IMG/VR virus record: IMGVR_UViG_3300011986_000206
Reading direction: 5' to 3' (one strand)
DNA: 64,000 bases
From: a virus
The notes below the pieces were generated by a model. That model worked only from the letters and a program-made list of their open reading frames with translations. It did no database searches and had not been told where the DNA came from. A program made the position numbers and the translations under genes. Each line of letters starts with the position of its first letter. Position 1 is the first letter of the stretch. Positions 20,159 to 31,268 of this stretch are shown piece by piece.

Positions 20159-20581
20159 ATGGTTGAACTAATGAAAAGTTACAAAGTTGAAAATTTTATT
20201 TTTAATGAATTGTCTCAAGCTGAAAAATATGAAGAACTTATTAATAAATATGACTTTGACCAAAATCAAAAAGAAAAAATTTATGAAGGTCTTAAAGATA
20301 ATCTAAATGTGGATTGGTATGCAAAGCCAGAATTTGATTCATCTCAAATGTTTTGGATTTATAAAGGACTAAAAAACAATAATCCTTTTGTTAGGTTTTA
20401 TGCTAAACCAAAATATAACTCAATTCAAATGCAAAGATTTTATTATAATGATTCAGTAGATTTTGAATTTAGAATGTTCAAAAAAAATTTAATAAATTTT
20501 GAATACAAATTTATTAAAGAAGAATATAATAAACTTGAAAAATATAATAAACTTGATAAAATAGGATATTTCAATGATTAA
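20159..20581 (+). CDS. 26-aa helical repeat protein (short)
   Basis: LNVDWYAKPEFDSSQM repeats. Confidence 0.8.
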   Translation: MVELMKSYKVENFIFNELSQAEKYEELINKYDFDQNQKEKIYEGLKDNLNVDWYAKPEFDSSQMFWIYKGLKNNNPFVRFYAKPKYNSIQMQRFYYNDSVDFEFRMFKKNLINFEYKFIKEEYNKLEKYNKLDKIGYFND

Positions 20582-20889
20582 AAATTTTTTAATCTATTTA
20601 GTTGCAAATAACGAATTTTAGACATTTTAATCCAGCTATTTTTAGGATGAGCATAAATAGTTACATCTAAACCTTCAATTTGTCCCATTCTAATTTGTTT
20701 CATTTGGTCAGCATCATAAATCTCTTTAGTATAAATAGTTACATCTAAATTATTGATAATTCCCAAGATATATTTCTTTCTTTTGTTTAAAATAAAATTT
20801 GTTATTTGAAATAATTTCTTCAAATTGTAGAGCTTGCTTTTTATCTTCAAAAGTAAAATCTTCAACTTTATATAATATTTCCATTTCAA
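20578..20889 (-). CDS. 26-aa helical repeat protein (short)
   Basis: LDVTIYTKEIYDADQMKQIRMG. Confidence 0.75.
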   Translation of the reverse strand: MKWKYYIKLKILLLKIKSKLYNLKKLFQITNFILNKRKKYILGIINNLDVTIYTKEIYDADQMKQIRMGQIEGLDVTIYAHPKNSWIKMSKIRYLQLNRLKNF

Positions 20890-20984
20890 TTAACCTTTCT
20901 AAAGTTTTAATAGAATATATTTATTTTATCATTTTTTAAAAAGAAAAACAAAAAACTCTTAAAATTAAGAGTTTCTTTTTTATT

Positions 20985-21125
20985 TTAAATAAATTCCCAA
21001 TAAGCAAGTGTCTTATTGAAATTTTCTGCAATTTTATTAGCTCTATTATCAATTTTAAAGACATCATTTTCTTCTTGGAAACTGAATTTTTCTCCATCTG
21101 TAAAAATAGCAATAACTTTTTTCAT
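20985..21125 (-). CDS. small hypothetical protein (46 aa, not in ORF track)
   Basis: MKKVIAIFTDGEKFSF...; own consensus promoter 21158-21186, leader motif and terminator. Confidence 0.7.
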   Translation of the reverse strand: MKKVIAIFTDGEKFSFQEENDVFKIDNRANKIAENFNKTLAYWEFI

Positions 21126-21238
21126 GTTTATTTTTCTCTCTTTCTCTTTATGATTTAATTATATATTATTTAGTAATAAATGTCAACACTTTTTTGAAAA
21201 ATTTTTAAAATAAAAAGAGAACTATATTAGTTCTCTTT

Positions 21239-21919
21239 TTACTCTTTATCAATTACTTGAACAGCTTTTCCTAATCCTGAATCTAAAGAAACTTTAGATA
21301 TATTTTTATTATTTAAAACATCATCAGCAAAAATTACTTCTGAAGCAATTACATAAGGATATATCCAAATAGATAATAAACCTAAAGTTAATGTAGAAAG
21401 AATTTGCCAACCAATAAAGCTTAGACTAAGAACAAATAAGTCACTTTTATGTCCTATCATTATAAAACGGCTTTCATTAATATTCTGTAATGAACTATTT
21501 TCTTCCTTATCAATAGATAAAAATATAGCTAAATTATAAGAAAGAGTTTTAACTAGACTTACAATTGAACCAACAATAGGAATTAGAGAAAAACAAAATA
21601 TTAAAACTACTGAAACAAAATAAGTTGCAAAACTTTCATATGTTATTGAATTGATAATATCTGAAATTTGATTTAAAGTACCTTCTCTAATTTCTTTCTT
21701 TCCATTTATAACTTGATATAAATAAATTTGGACTCCTAATTCATATATGCCAACTCCAAATGCTGGTAAAAATAGTAAAGCTAAAATATCTTGTGAAGTT
21801 AAAAAATAAAGTAATAAAGCTAATGGAAGTATTAAAATTGGTAATCCAATTGCTAACCATAAATTATTTGTTTTAATCAAAGATTTTGCTTGATTTTTGA
21901 TTTCTAATCTTGTTTTCAT
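21239..21919 (-). CDS. DUF975-like integral membrane protein
   Basis: SRxxMxGHKxDLFxLxLSFIGW...WIYPY. Confidence 0.8.
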   Translation of the reverse strand: MKTRLEIKNQAKSLIKTNNLWLAIGLPILILPLALLLYFLTSQDILALLFLPAFGVGIYELGVQIYLYQVINGKKEIREGTLNQISDIINSITYESFATYFVSVVLIFCFSLIPIVGSIVSLVKTLSYNLAIFLSIDKEENSSLQNINESRFIMIGHKSDLFVLSLSFIGWQILSTLTLGLLSIWIYPYVIASEVIFADDVLNNKNISKVSLDSGLGKAVQVIDKE

Positions 21920-22001
21920 AGAAACTTACCTCTGAATTTAATATTTTATTATAATATCAAAAATTGTTAATAAAAAAATAGTTATCTTATTGATAACTAT
22001 T

Positions 22002-22844
22002 TTATTTTTTATATTTAAGCCTTTTGAAAATTTTAGTAGTTTTAAAATCTTCAAGATTTTTAATATTCAAAAATTCTTTTAATTCATCTTCTGTTGTTCC
22101 AAACCAATCATGACGAATAACTTCAACTTCTTCTTTTGTTTTAGGATTATATCCTTTACCTAAATATTCTTCTCTAATAAATAGATTTCCATATTTATTT
22201 ACAGTTTTAACTTCATTTTCCCAATTATGTCCAATTGAGTCTAACTTATTTTCAACTTCATAAGTTTTTAGATTTTGTACTTGTTTTTGAGAGAAATATT
22301 TTCTTCCTAACATTTGAACAGAATTTCGTGATACATCTTTCATTCTCCACCAAACAGAACTCAAAGCTTCATTGATTCCACCCTCAATATTGAAAGCTCT
22401 AGAATCAAATCTAGCATTAAATAATTTTCTTTGAAGGATTTCTTTATAATCAGTATCTTTTGTTTTATTAATAATTTCATACCATGCGTTATTAAACTCT
22501 GCTGTTGCAATAGCCGCTGTCAAAGAAACTGTTTTTTGTAATTTTCCTTCAAAAAATGGAGTAAATTCTTTTTTAACTTTATTTTTAAATAGTAGAATTG
22601 TGATTTCATCGGATCCAAAATAAACAAGTTGAGCACCTTGAACTTGTTTAGCTAATTCTTTTGCAGTTTGTTCCATTGCTTCAGAAAAAGAATCATCAAA
22701 TGGTTTATTAAGACCTCTAACAAAAGAACCCCCTGAACGCATATCAAGACGAATAACAATAGTCTTATTTGCATCTAATTTAGTAGATTCAGCTTTTTCC
22801 ATTCTTTTCATATTATCTGCAAGTTCATTCCAATTTAATTTCAT
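22002..22844 (-). CDS. Thg1-like tRNA(His) guanylyltransferase / 3'-5' polymerase
   Basis: IRLD...SDEITI...FDSRAF...WRxxDxxRNSV. Confidence 0.88.
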   Translation of the reverse strand: MKLNWNELADNMKRMEKAESTKLDANKTIVIRLDMRSGGSFVRGLNKPFDDSFSEAMEQTAKELAKQVQGAQLVYFGSDEITILLFKNKVKKEFTPFFEGKLQKTVSLTAAIATAEFNNAWYEIINKTKDTDYKEILQRKLFNARFDSRAFNIEGGINEALSSVWWRMKDVSRNSVQMLGRKYFSQKQVQNLKTYEVENKLDSIGHNWENEVKTVNKYGNLFIREEYLGKGYNPKTKEEVEVIRHDWFGTTEDELKEFLNIKNLEDFKTTKIFKRLKYKK

Positions 22845-22862
22845 TATTTAATCACCTCATTT

Positions 22863-23114
22863 TTAATCTATAAAATTTATAACATCTTCTAATTTATCAA
22901 ATATTTCTTCTGAATTAATATTATATCCTGTTTCTTCAGAATAATAATCTCTTTCAATATAATAATAATTATTTTTAATTGTTATATCGAAAGTAACTTG
23001 TTCTGAAGCAAAAAGTTGAATTAAAATTATTTCATCATCAAAAATAGTTAAATCAGAATATGAAATAAAATTATTTTCAATTGCATCTATTAATTCTTTT
23101 ATTAATTTATTCAT
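22863..23114 (-). CDS. acidic hypothetical protein
   Basis: ORF with RBS. Confidence 0.65.
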   Translation of the reverse strand: MNKLIKELIDAIENNFISYSDLTIFDDEIILIQLFASEQVTFDITIKNNYYYIERDYYSEETGYNINSEEIFDKLEDVINFID

Positions 23115-23160
23115 TTTATTTTCCTTTAATAACTACTGATTTGGTATTATTTCTATTAAC

Positions 23161-23478
23161 TTATTCTCCCATATATTTTTCAATAGTAAAATCAGTATAT
23201 TTAGGATTTGAATTAAATCCAACAGAAATAACTTTCAAATCTTTTTCATAATTAAAAAATGCTTCACTATAAAATGAAATAGTTGCTTTTGTATCATCAT
23301 AACTCATATAATAAATAGTTAATCCATATTGTGATTTTACAGAAAGATAAGGAAGGCCATTTAATCTCTTTTGAAAATAATTAAATTTATTTGCAAAATA
23401 TGATTGAGAGACTTTTTCTGGATTCATAATATTTTCTACTGAAAACATTTTCAACTCTTCCAATATTTCATTAAACAT
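23161..23478 (-). CDS. hypothetical protein, paralog of 370..684
   Basis: shared motif; consensus promoter 23517-23545. Confidence 0.75.
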   Translation of the reverse strand: MFNEILEELKMFSVENIMNPEKVSQSYFANKFNYFQKRLNGLPYLSVKSQYGLTIYYMSYDDTKATISFYSEAFFNYEKDLKVISVGFNSNPKYTDFTIEKYMGE

Positions 23479-23742
23479 AATTTGATACCTTCTTTTATTT
23501 TAGATTTTCTAATAGTATTATATATTATAATGAAATTTCTGTCAATAGTCTTTTGTTTCTATAAATAAAAAATAAATATAAAGATTCTTATTTTTTGATT
23601 TTAACATTTGTTTTTATTATTCTATATTTTATTTTTACATTCTTTTTTTGAGAAATCTTAATTCTTGTTTCAATGACTCTTGTTTTTTTAATTTTTTTCA
23701 TATTTGTTTTTATTATTCTTCTCATAATTATTAAACCTTAAC

Positions 23743-24207
23743 TTAATGAAAATATTTTTCAAATTTATTTTCAATCTCTTTAATTAAAATCAAATCTTGT
23801 TTGAATAAATAATCTTTTAATTCTTCTAATGGGACATATATATAATAATCATTTTCAGGAATATTCATTTTAAATTTTTCAGAATAAAATTCATTAGAAT
23901 ATAAATTATTTAAATTCCATATTTCTTCCATAGGGTATAAAAAATAATAAACATTTTTCTTATTACCTTTTCTCTCTAATTTAATTTTTAATTTTCTATA
24001 ATCAATATATTTAATTCCTGTTTCTTCTTTAAATTCACGAATAGCAGTTTCTTTTAAATCTTCACCTTCTTCAACTCTACCTTTTGGGAAACCAAATTTT
24101 TTTATATTTTTAAAATAAGGTCCCCCTGGGTGAGCCAAAAGAAATTTAAATTGTTTTGTTTCTTTATCAAAAAAATAAGCAATTATTCCCGCTGAAATTT
24201 CTTTCAT
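23743..24207 (-). CDS. NUDIX hydrolase
   Basis: PKGRVEEGEDLKETAIREFKEETG Nudix box; HPGGP motif. Confidence 0.92.
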   Translation of the reverse strand: MKEISAGIIAYFFDKETKQFKFLLAHPGGPYFKNIKKFGFPKGRVEEGEDLKETAIREFKEETGIKYIDYRKLKIKLERKGNKKNVYYFLYPMEEIWNLNNLYSNEFYSEKFKMNIPENDYYIYVPLEELKDYLFKQDLILIKEIENKFEKYFH

Positions 24208-24343
24208 TTTATATTAACCTCCAAATTTTAAATCTATCTATACTATATAATATATAAATTGTTTCCAAAAGTCAAACTATCAATTGACAGAAGTGAAAAA
24301 ATGTAGTATAATAATATTATTCAAAAGAAAGAAGGAAATTATA

Positions 24344-24589
24344 ATGACAAAACGATATAAAGTAACAGAGAATATTTATGGAATGGCAAAAACTCGAACA
24401 TATACACATGAGGGGACAGTTGAAGAACTAGTAGCTAATTCTAAATATACTTTAGAAGTCGGACAAAGTTATAACTATAAAATTAATACAAATCCTAAAA
24501 CTATTAGAGGATATATTTCTAATCTAGAAAAATCACTAAAAGAAAAACATTGTTGTCCAGTTGAAGTTTCATATATTGAGGTTAAATAA
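24344..24589 (+). CDS. hypothetical protein
   Basis: ATG 24344 with AAGGA RBS; the track's TTG at 24284 is the -35 box of its promoter. Confidence 0.75.
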   Translation: MTKRYKVTENIYGMAKTRTYTHEGTVEELVANSKYTLEVGQSYNYKINTNPKTIRGYISNLEKSLKEKHCCPVEVSYIEVK

Positions 24590-25288
24590 TGAAAAAAGAA
24601 GTTCTTATTAAAGAAAAAACAGAAGAAGTTATTGCAGATTTTTTACGTCCTATTATTAGAGAAGAAGCTGATAAAATGCTTGAGAAATATCCTTCTCAAT
24701 ATAATTTTTATAAAAACAAGAAATCTCTAATCGGTATCACAGTAAATCTTAATTATTAATTTCAGAGGAACTAGTTATGATAAGACTGAAATCATTTCAA
24801 TTCTCTATGAGAAAGATTGGATTAAAGTTTTCAAAGAAAATATTACCGAAGAAAAATTTGCTAAACTTATTTATGATAAAATTATCCTTGTTACAAATAA
24901 TAAGAAAAATATTCCAAAAATTTCTTTTCTTGAAATTGAAGAGTATATTAAATTTATCTATAATTTAGATATGGATAAATCTGATAATATGAATGATTTA
25001 CCTAAAATTGTTACTGATTTTATTAAGTCTGAATATATCTTTTCTTTTGTTACAAAAGCAGTTCCAAATTGGTATTATTCTCGATTAACAAATTCTGTGA
25101 AATTGCAGATTATTCTATATAATTCATTATATTCATCTTCAGCATTTAGAAATAAAAATAAAAATCCAAAAGACATTTATGAATATATCAATTATAAAAA
25201 AGAGCTAAAGAAAATTCATGAATATATTCATTGTAATATTGAAAAAGTTTACAACTTTATAGAGAATTTTGAAGAAAGTAGAAAGTAG
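24589..25288 (+). pseudogene. frameshifted hypothetical gene
   Basis: MKKEVLIK... stops at 24757-24759; the +1 frame runs open from about 24758 into ORF 24971..25288. Confidence 0.65.
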
Positions 25289-25296
25289 TGAAGTAA

Positions 25297-25740
25297 ATGA
25301 ATAAACTATTAGATGAAATTACTAAAAAAGAAAAAGAACTTAATTCACTGTATATGGAATTAAATAGTTATATTAAAACTAAAACAATTTTGAATCCTAA
25401 TGTTAAAACTTTTATTAATTATTTACTAATTTATATTGAAGAACCTTCTTGTAAAAGAATCTTAAAACAATTTATTGATAATTATTGGTTTTCTTTGAAT
25501 ATTAATAGAAAATATCCAAATGTTCCTGAATATATTGCTTTTTCTATTAATAATTCAGGAAATCTAGTAAGAATTAATAACAAGATTGTTAATTTTAATT
25601 CTATTGATTTTGAAAAAACAGGAATCTTTACAGATAACAAAGATAATATTATTACTCCTGTTCCTAGAAAAGTTTATGAATTAAAAATTACAAAAAATGA
25701 CAAAGATTTAATTACGGATATAGATTTTAGCATTTATTAA
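25297..25740 (+). CDS. hypothetical protein
   Basis: 147-aa ORF followed by terminator. Confidence 0.7.
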   Translation: MNKLLDEITKKEKELNSLYMELNSYIKTKTILNPNVKTFINYLLIYIEEPSCKRILKQFIDNYWFSLNINRKYPNVPEYIAFSINNSGNLVRINNKIVNFNSIDFEKTGIFTDNKDNIITPVPRKVYELKITKNDKDLITDIDFSIY

Positions 25741-25858
25741 ATTAGATAACAAAAACTTTAGATTTTTTACTCTAAAGTTTTTTATTTTAAATTAATTTTA
25801 TTATACAGATATGCAGTTATTTTACTATAAAAATACAAAAAATTAGCATTTTTATTAG

Positions 25859-25907
25859 AAACGTAGATTTGTTCATAATTAACATTTTTATCCTAGGAAT
25901 TTGATTT
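25859..25907. repeat. 49-bp intergenic direct repeat, copy 1
   Basis: AAACGTAxxxTTGTTCATAATTAxxxTTTTTATCCTAGGAATTTGATTT, also at 31973-32021. Confidence 0.85.
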
Positions 25908-25964
25908 TAGACCTAATTTGAATATTTGGAATATTTCAATAAAATAGAATAAAAGGTAATAAAT

Positions 25965-26831
25965 ATGAAAACGAAAATTATATTAACAGTAGGTTGTGTA
26001 GGAAAAACATATTTAGATTCAAATTACATTAATATATATGATTTTGATAAACATACTTTAGAATATAAATATGATAAAACAGGATTTGAACATCTTTCAA
26101 ATGAAGAATTTAAAAGTATACCAGGAAGAAAAATAAAAGAAAACTGGTTTAATTTATATATGGAAGATTGGTGCAAAATTATAGATTCTAATAAATATGA
26201 AGTTGTTACAGGTTGGTTACAAGATGATTGTATTGAATATTTATTAAAAAAAGGATATGAATTAGAGCTTATTCTTGTTGATGTTAAAAATTATGAAAAT
26301 ATTTATAAAGAAAGATGTATTAAAAGAGGAAACAATAAAAATTATTGGAATAATTTAAAATCTTATTATGATTCAACATTGAATAAATATAAAGATAGAA
26401 AAGATATGAAAATTACAATATTTACAAAACCTTTTTATTTAAGTGAATATTTATTGTTTTCAGGAACAATATTAAAAAGAAGTAATAGATTTGGCCATTC
26501 TTATATAACAAAGACAAAAGAATTAGTAGAAAAAGAATTTAATACTCAAAATGAATATTTATCTCCAGTGTTCACTTCTTTTTATTCTCAATTAGTTTTA
26601 ACTTCACTTGCTTCTAATCAAGAGATAACTAAAGAAATGGTTCATGAAGCATGGTCAATAGCTATTGATAATGATAATCCTGATAAAATTCATTCTTCTT
26701 TAATTCCATTTGAATATTTATCTAATTATACACAAGATTTAGACCAATATTATGTTGAGAAATTAACAAATATTTTAGAATATTTAAAAGAATTAAAGTC
26801 TATAATAAAGAGAAATCAGGAGAAAGAATGA
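25965..26831 (+). CDS. P-loop kinase-like protein with RyR-like C-terminal domain
   Basis: N-terminal VGCVGKT; C-terminal VHEAW...HSSLIPFEYL...QDLD. Confidence 0.6.
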   Translation: MKTKIILTVGCVGKTYLDSNYINIYDFDKHTLEYKYDKTGFEHLSNEEFKSIPGRKIKENWFNLYMEDWCKIIDSNKYEVVTGWLQDDCIEYLLKKGYELELILVDVKNYENIYKERCIKRGNNKNYWNNLKSYYDSTLNKYKDRKDMKITIFTKPFYLSEYLLFSGTILKRSNRFGHSYITKTKELVEKEFNTQNEYLSPVFTSFYSQLVLTSLASNQEITKEMVHEAWSIAIDNDNPDKIHSSLIPFEYLSNYTQDLDQYYVEKLTNILEYLKELKSIIKRNQEKE

Positions 26832-27319
26832 AAACAAGAATAATTTCAGCTTTCCCTTGTTTAGGAAAAACATCTTTAACTCAAAAATATAAGGATATAT
26901 ATTTTGATTTTGAAATCTATGAAACTAGAGCAACTAAAGGGATGAATCAACTTCAAGAATTTGAATTTTTTAAAAATTGTGCTAGAAATATTCAAATTCT
27001 TTATGAGACAGGATTTTATGAAGTAATTTTTATTACTGATGATGAAAGACTACTCAGAGAATTAAGAAAATTGAATTTAGAAATAATTCATGTTTTACCT
27101 AATATAAATAAAAAAGATGATTTGTTAGAATATAAAGAAAGAGTTGTTACACGTTCTGGAATAGAATGGTTCAATAATATTTTATTAAAAGATATAAATG
27201 ATTTACCTAATAAATTATTAAAAATAAATAGACTTAAAGAGAAAATATATTTTGTTGAATCTGGAAAATATATTGAAGATTTAGTTCCAAACATAAGGAG
27301 ACTTTATGACAGAGAATAA
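26828..27319 (+). CDS. P-loop NMP-kinase-like protein
   Basis: IISAFPCLGKTS. Confidence 0.65.
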   Translation: MKTRIISAFPCLGKTSLTQKYKDIYFDFEIYETRATKGMNQLQEFEFFKNCARNIQILYETGFYEVIFITDDERLLRELRKLNLEIIHVLPNINKKDDLLEYKERVVTRSGIEWFNNILLKDINDLPNKLLKINRLKEKIYFVESGKYIEDLVPNIRRLYDRE

Positions 27320-28643
27320 ATCATGGTCTAGAAAAAAACTAACTCAAATGCTTTATCATAGTTTTATTGGAACAATAGCAGATAATTCAGTAGAAATAGG
27401 ATGGATTTTATGTTTTAGTCTATTAGCAGATAAATCTTTAGTCGAAAGAATAACTGTATTATTTGGAGTAAATGATGCTTTTTGGGTTTTGTTATCTTCC
27501 ACTTATTATACAGCAAGAACTTCTTTAACTGCTATATTACCAAAATTAATAGAAGAAAAAGGTAAATATATAGAAAGTAAAATTGTTAAGAATCATATAT
27601 ATTTATTTTACTTAATGTTACTGCCTTCTTCTATTGCTTCTTTTATATTCTTACCTAAATTATTATTGTTATTAGGAGTATCTTCAGAAGATTTTTCTTT
27701 ATATATTCCTTATTTTCAATTATCAATATTATCAATATTAATTTCAGCTCCCTGGTCAACATTTATACCAGCTTATCTTAGAACAAGAGGGAGAAGTAAA
27801 GAAGCTGTAATTTTAGACCATTCAATAGCTTGGAGTATGATTATAGGAATATTCATTACAACTCATATTTTTCATTTGGATGTCAATACAGCATTAATAG
27901 TTAATATTATAACAAATGCTATTCCTTTATATTGGTTTTTAATTAAGAAACCAATTCCAAATTTTTTCAAAAAAGGATTTGAATTTGATTTTAAAGAAAT
28001 TAAACGTTCTTGGAAAATTGTAAAATGGGAATTAGTAAGAAGAATGGCACCTAGAGTGTCTGCAATTATTGGGGTTTCTTTAATGATTGTTATTAATCCT
28101 ATTTATGCTGGAGTTAAATATTGGATTAGTAATTTATTTACTTTTGTTGAAGGTTGGATTGATGCTATGGCAGGACTACTAAATAGTCATGTTTCTAGAA
28201 ATGTTGGGTTAAAAGTTAGTGTGCCTCAAAAAGATAATGAATATATTTTTATAAAATCAGCAATTGGAACTATCTTAACAATTATATTTATATATTTTTG
28301 TGCTAAATATTTACTATGGTTTTTACCTGAATCTATTTATAATGAAATATTAAATCCTCTAATTTATATATTTGCTTTCTTTGAATTTTTAACAAAATTA
28401 AGATACTATATGTGGTTATCTATTAGTAGGTCTTATAAAACAGAGTTAAATGGAAAAGCTCAATTATTTTATGCTCTGCCAACAGCATTTTTAACACCTT
28501 TATTATTATGGTTATTCTTACATAAATTAAATTTAGGGATAGAATATATATTTTTAACAGGTGCGATTGTAGGAACAATTCAATGGATATTAACAGAAAT
28601 ATATTTTAGAAAGAATTTAAATAAAAGAAAAAGAAATATTTAA
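27306..28643 (+). CDS. MATE/MOP-like multi-pass transporter or flippase
   Basis: 445 aa, about 12 hydrophobic segments in two halves, YLRTRGRSK loop. Confidence 0.6.
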   Translation: MTENKSWSRKKLTQMLYHSFIGTIADNSVEIGWILCFSLLADKSLVERITVLFGVNDAFWVLLSSTYYTARTSLTAILPKLIEEKGKYIESKIVKNHIYLFYLMLLPSSIASFIFLPKLLLLLGVSSEDFSLYIPYFQLSILSILISAPWSTFIPAYLRTRGRSKEAVILDHSIAWSMIIGIFITTHIFHLDVNTALIVNIITNAIPLYWFLIKKPIPNFFKKGFEFDFKEIKRSWKIVKWELVRRMAPRVSAIIGVSLMIVINPIYAGVKYWISNLFTFVEGWIDAMAGLLNSHVSRNVGLKVSVPQKDNEYIFIKSAIGTILTIIFIYFCAKYLLWFLPESIYNEILNPLIYIFAFFEFLTKLRYYMWLSISRSYKTELNGKAQLFYALPTAFLTPLLLWLFLHKLNLGIEYIFLTGAIVGTIQWILTEIYFRKNLNKRKRNI

Positions 28644-28817
28644 AATAATATTTCTTTTTAAAATTTAGTTTCACCAATAATACATTAGTATTATATAATG
28701 AATGTATTTTACTTTATAACAAACAATCAAATAACTATTAGAGGTATATATTCTCTCAATTTAGAAATTCTCATATAAATATTACCATAATTATTACGTT
28801 TATTTAGAATATAAAAA

Positions 28818-29177
28818 TCAATTATAAATGTATTCTGATTTTTCTAACATTGTCCCATAAGCAACCTTTTGATTATCAAATACTTCTTTAGATACATGAT
28901 AGAAACCAGATAAATCAATAATTTTTCTTTCAGTATAAATATTAATCCATAATGATTCATAATGCTTTTTCAAATCTTCTTTAACAATTTTCAAATTCAT
29001 AATGCTAGTCATATCTTCATCTTCAGTCCATTCAGAATGATAACCTAATTGCTTAATAGCTTTAAATAGTTCAATAAATTTTTCATAGTTATCAAATTCA
29101 ATAAAAATCATTTTGTAATTTTTCATTTGTTCAATAATTGCTTCTTTTGTTAATTTGTTACCAAGATATTTTTTCAT
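28818..29177 (-). CDS. hypothetical protein
   Basis: 119-aa ORF with RBS. Confidence 0.7.
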   Translation of the reverse strand: MKKYLGNKLTKEAIIEQMKNYKMIFIEFDNYEKFIELFKAIKQLGYHSEWTEDEDMTSIMNLKIVKEDLKKHYESLWINIYTERKIIDLSGFYHVSKEVFDNQKVAYGTMLEKSEYIYN

Positions 29178-29507
29178 TTTTATTCTCTTTCCTATTAGTG
29201 TGATGATTAAGCAGTTTCTTTGAGTAAGTTGTTTACTTGAAGAAGTTTAGATTTCTGATTCATCTAGCAAAAGAAGCTATTCTATGAAAATATAATCTAA
29301 CTACTTTATTTATATAAATATTATATAACAATAAATATTATTTATCAATCAAAAAGATTGACAAAAATTTCTATAAATTAAGAGTTTTTATTAGTAATGA
29401 ATCTAAAAAATTTAATTTATTTATTTTTAATATTTTTATTGACAAAGGTTATATAATATTGTATAATATAAAGTAACACAACAAGATATGAAAATATAAA
29501 TAAGAGG

Positions 29508-29933
29508 GTGATATATATGAATAAAGAAATTTCACAATTTAATAAAGAAGTAATTTCTGAATTAAAAGAATTAATGAGAAAATCTAGAAATTATGAAAAA
29601 GAATTTATTTTAAATAGCTCAAAAAATAAAGGTATTTTATTAACTATTTTAAATGAAGATAAATTTAATCAATCATATATTATAAAAAATATAGATTATA
29701 TTAAAAACTTAATTGACCGAGAAGAAGTTAAATGTATCTCAAAAATTAATAATAAGTTTTTTGAGATTGTATCAAAGACTTATATCTTTGATGATTTACT
29801 AATTATTGAAGATTGTAGAAAAAAAGATACTTATAAAGTTATTGCAAAAGAAAAAATTTTTAATTTAAATGATTATGATTCAGATTATGAAGTATTAGAT
29901 TCTTTTTTGAATAGTTATATTGAATCTAATTAA
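29508..29933 (+). CDS. hypothetical protein (start probably ATG 29517)
   Basis: consensus promoter 29439-29467. Confidence 0.75.
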   Translation: MIYMNKEISQFNKEVISELKELMRKSRNYEKEFILNSSKNKGILLTILNEDKFNQSYIIKNIDYIKNLIDREEVKCISKINNKFFEIVSKTYIFDDLLIIEDCRKKDTYKVIAKEKIFNLNDYDSDYEVLDSFLNSYIESN

Positions 29934-30099
29934 ATCTTTGAAACATAAAGAAAGTTGGTTAAATATCATGGGTTGTTCTTGGTGGTCAATTTTAAATAAA
30001 CATAATATTTATGATTAAAAATCAAAAATAAAAAATACTTGATAACTATAACTAAATATAAATAGAAAGAAAATTGTTAGAAGACAAGAGGGTTATTAT

Positions 30100-30285
30100 A
30101 TGTCAGAATTTCGACCATTAAGCTTATATGCTATTAAAAATGATTCAAATATCATAGCGGATATTACATATTATCAAGGTAATAATATTGTTAATCATGA
30201 AATCATTGTAAAAAGTAAAAAAGCTTTTGAAAATCAACATACTTCTTTTATTAAGAAAAATGTTTTAACTTTAGATGAAATTTAA
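30100..30285 (+). CDS. small hypothetical protein
   Basis: GAGGG RBS. Confidence 0.55.
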   Translation: MSEFRPLSLYAIKNDSNIIADITYYQGNNIVNHEIIVKSKKAFENQHTSFIKKNVLTLDEI

Positions 30286-30337
30286 ATAATTAAATTAAAA
30301 AGTTAAAGATAGATAATTAAAATATAAGGAAAGTAAA

Positions 30338-31162
30338 ATGGAAACAAAAACAATTTATATTGTAGGTAATGCAACTTTTGAAAGTTTTATAGAAGCAAAA
30401 AATTATGAAAAATATCTGAAAGAAAAAGAATTTAATGAATTGTTAGAAAATTTAAATTGTAAAATTGATTTAGATAAATTTAATGATTATCAACTTGAAG
30501 AAATTAAATTAGGCCTTAAACAAAATTTAGATGTAAGTATTTATGCTAGTCCTAATTTTTCTGCTGTTCAAATGAGTATTATCAGAGAAAGTCTTGAAAA
30601 AGGATTAGACCTTAAACAATATATAAATTATAAATTTTATATAGGTCAAATGAGATTAATTATTGAAGGACTTGAAGCGGGCTTAGATGTCAGTATTTAT
30701 GCTAAGAAAGAATATAGTTCGGATCAAATGAATGAAATAAAATTAGGTCTTTTAAATAAAATCAATGTTGAGCCTTATTTAAATCCAAAATTTAATAGTT
30801 TACAAATGAAACAAATTAGATTAGGATTAGAAAATGGAATTGATGTTTCATATTATGCTAAAATTGAATACAATCATGAACAAATGCAAATGCTAAGATT
30901 AGCATTAATTGATAACTTAGATTTAGAAATCTACACATCTTATAAATTTAAATTGTCTCAAATGTTAGAAATCCGTAGAGGTCAATTAAAGAATTTAAAT
31001 GTAACTATTTATGCTAAACCTGAATATGATTCATCTCAAATGAGAGAGATTCGTTTAGGTCTTTTACATAATATTGATGTTGAATCTTATTTAAATCCTA
31101 AATTTTCAGATAACAAAATGAAACAAATTCGTTTAGATTTAGAAAAAAGTTTGATGAATTAA
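30338..31162 (+). CDS. 26-aa helical repeat protein
   Basis: about 8 repeats. Confidence 0.9.
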   Translation: METKTIYIVGNATFESFIEAKNYEKYLKEKEFNELLENLNCKIDLDKFNDYQLEEIKLGLKQNLDVSIYASPNFSAVQMSIIRESLEKGLDLKQYINYKFYIGQMRLIIEGLEAGLDVSIYAKKEYSSDQMNEIKLGLLNKINVEPYLNPKFNSLQMKQIRLGLENGIDVSYYAKIEYNHEQMQMLRLALIDNLDLEIYTSYKFKLSQMLEIRRGQLKNLNVTIYAKPEYDSSQMREIRLGLLHNIDVESYLNPKFSDNKMKQIRLDLEKSLMN

Positions 31163-31268
31163 ACTTTATAAGATAAAAAATAAATTTAAAAAGATGATTA
31201 AATTTGTAATCATCTTTTATTGTTTCTTTTAACAAATATAACTATTTTAAAACTTAAAGATAGTTCTT

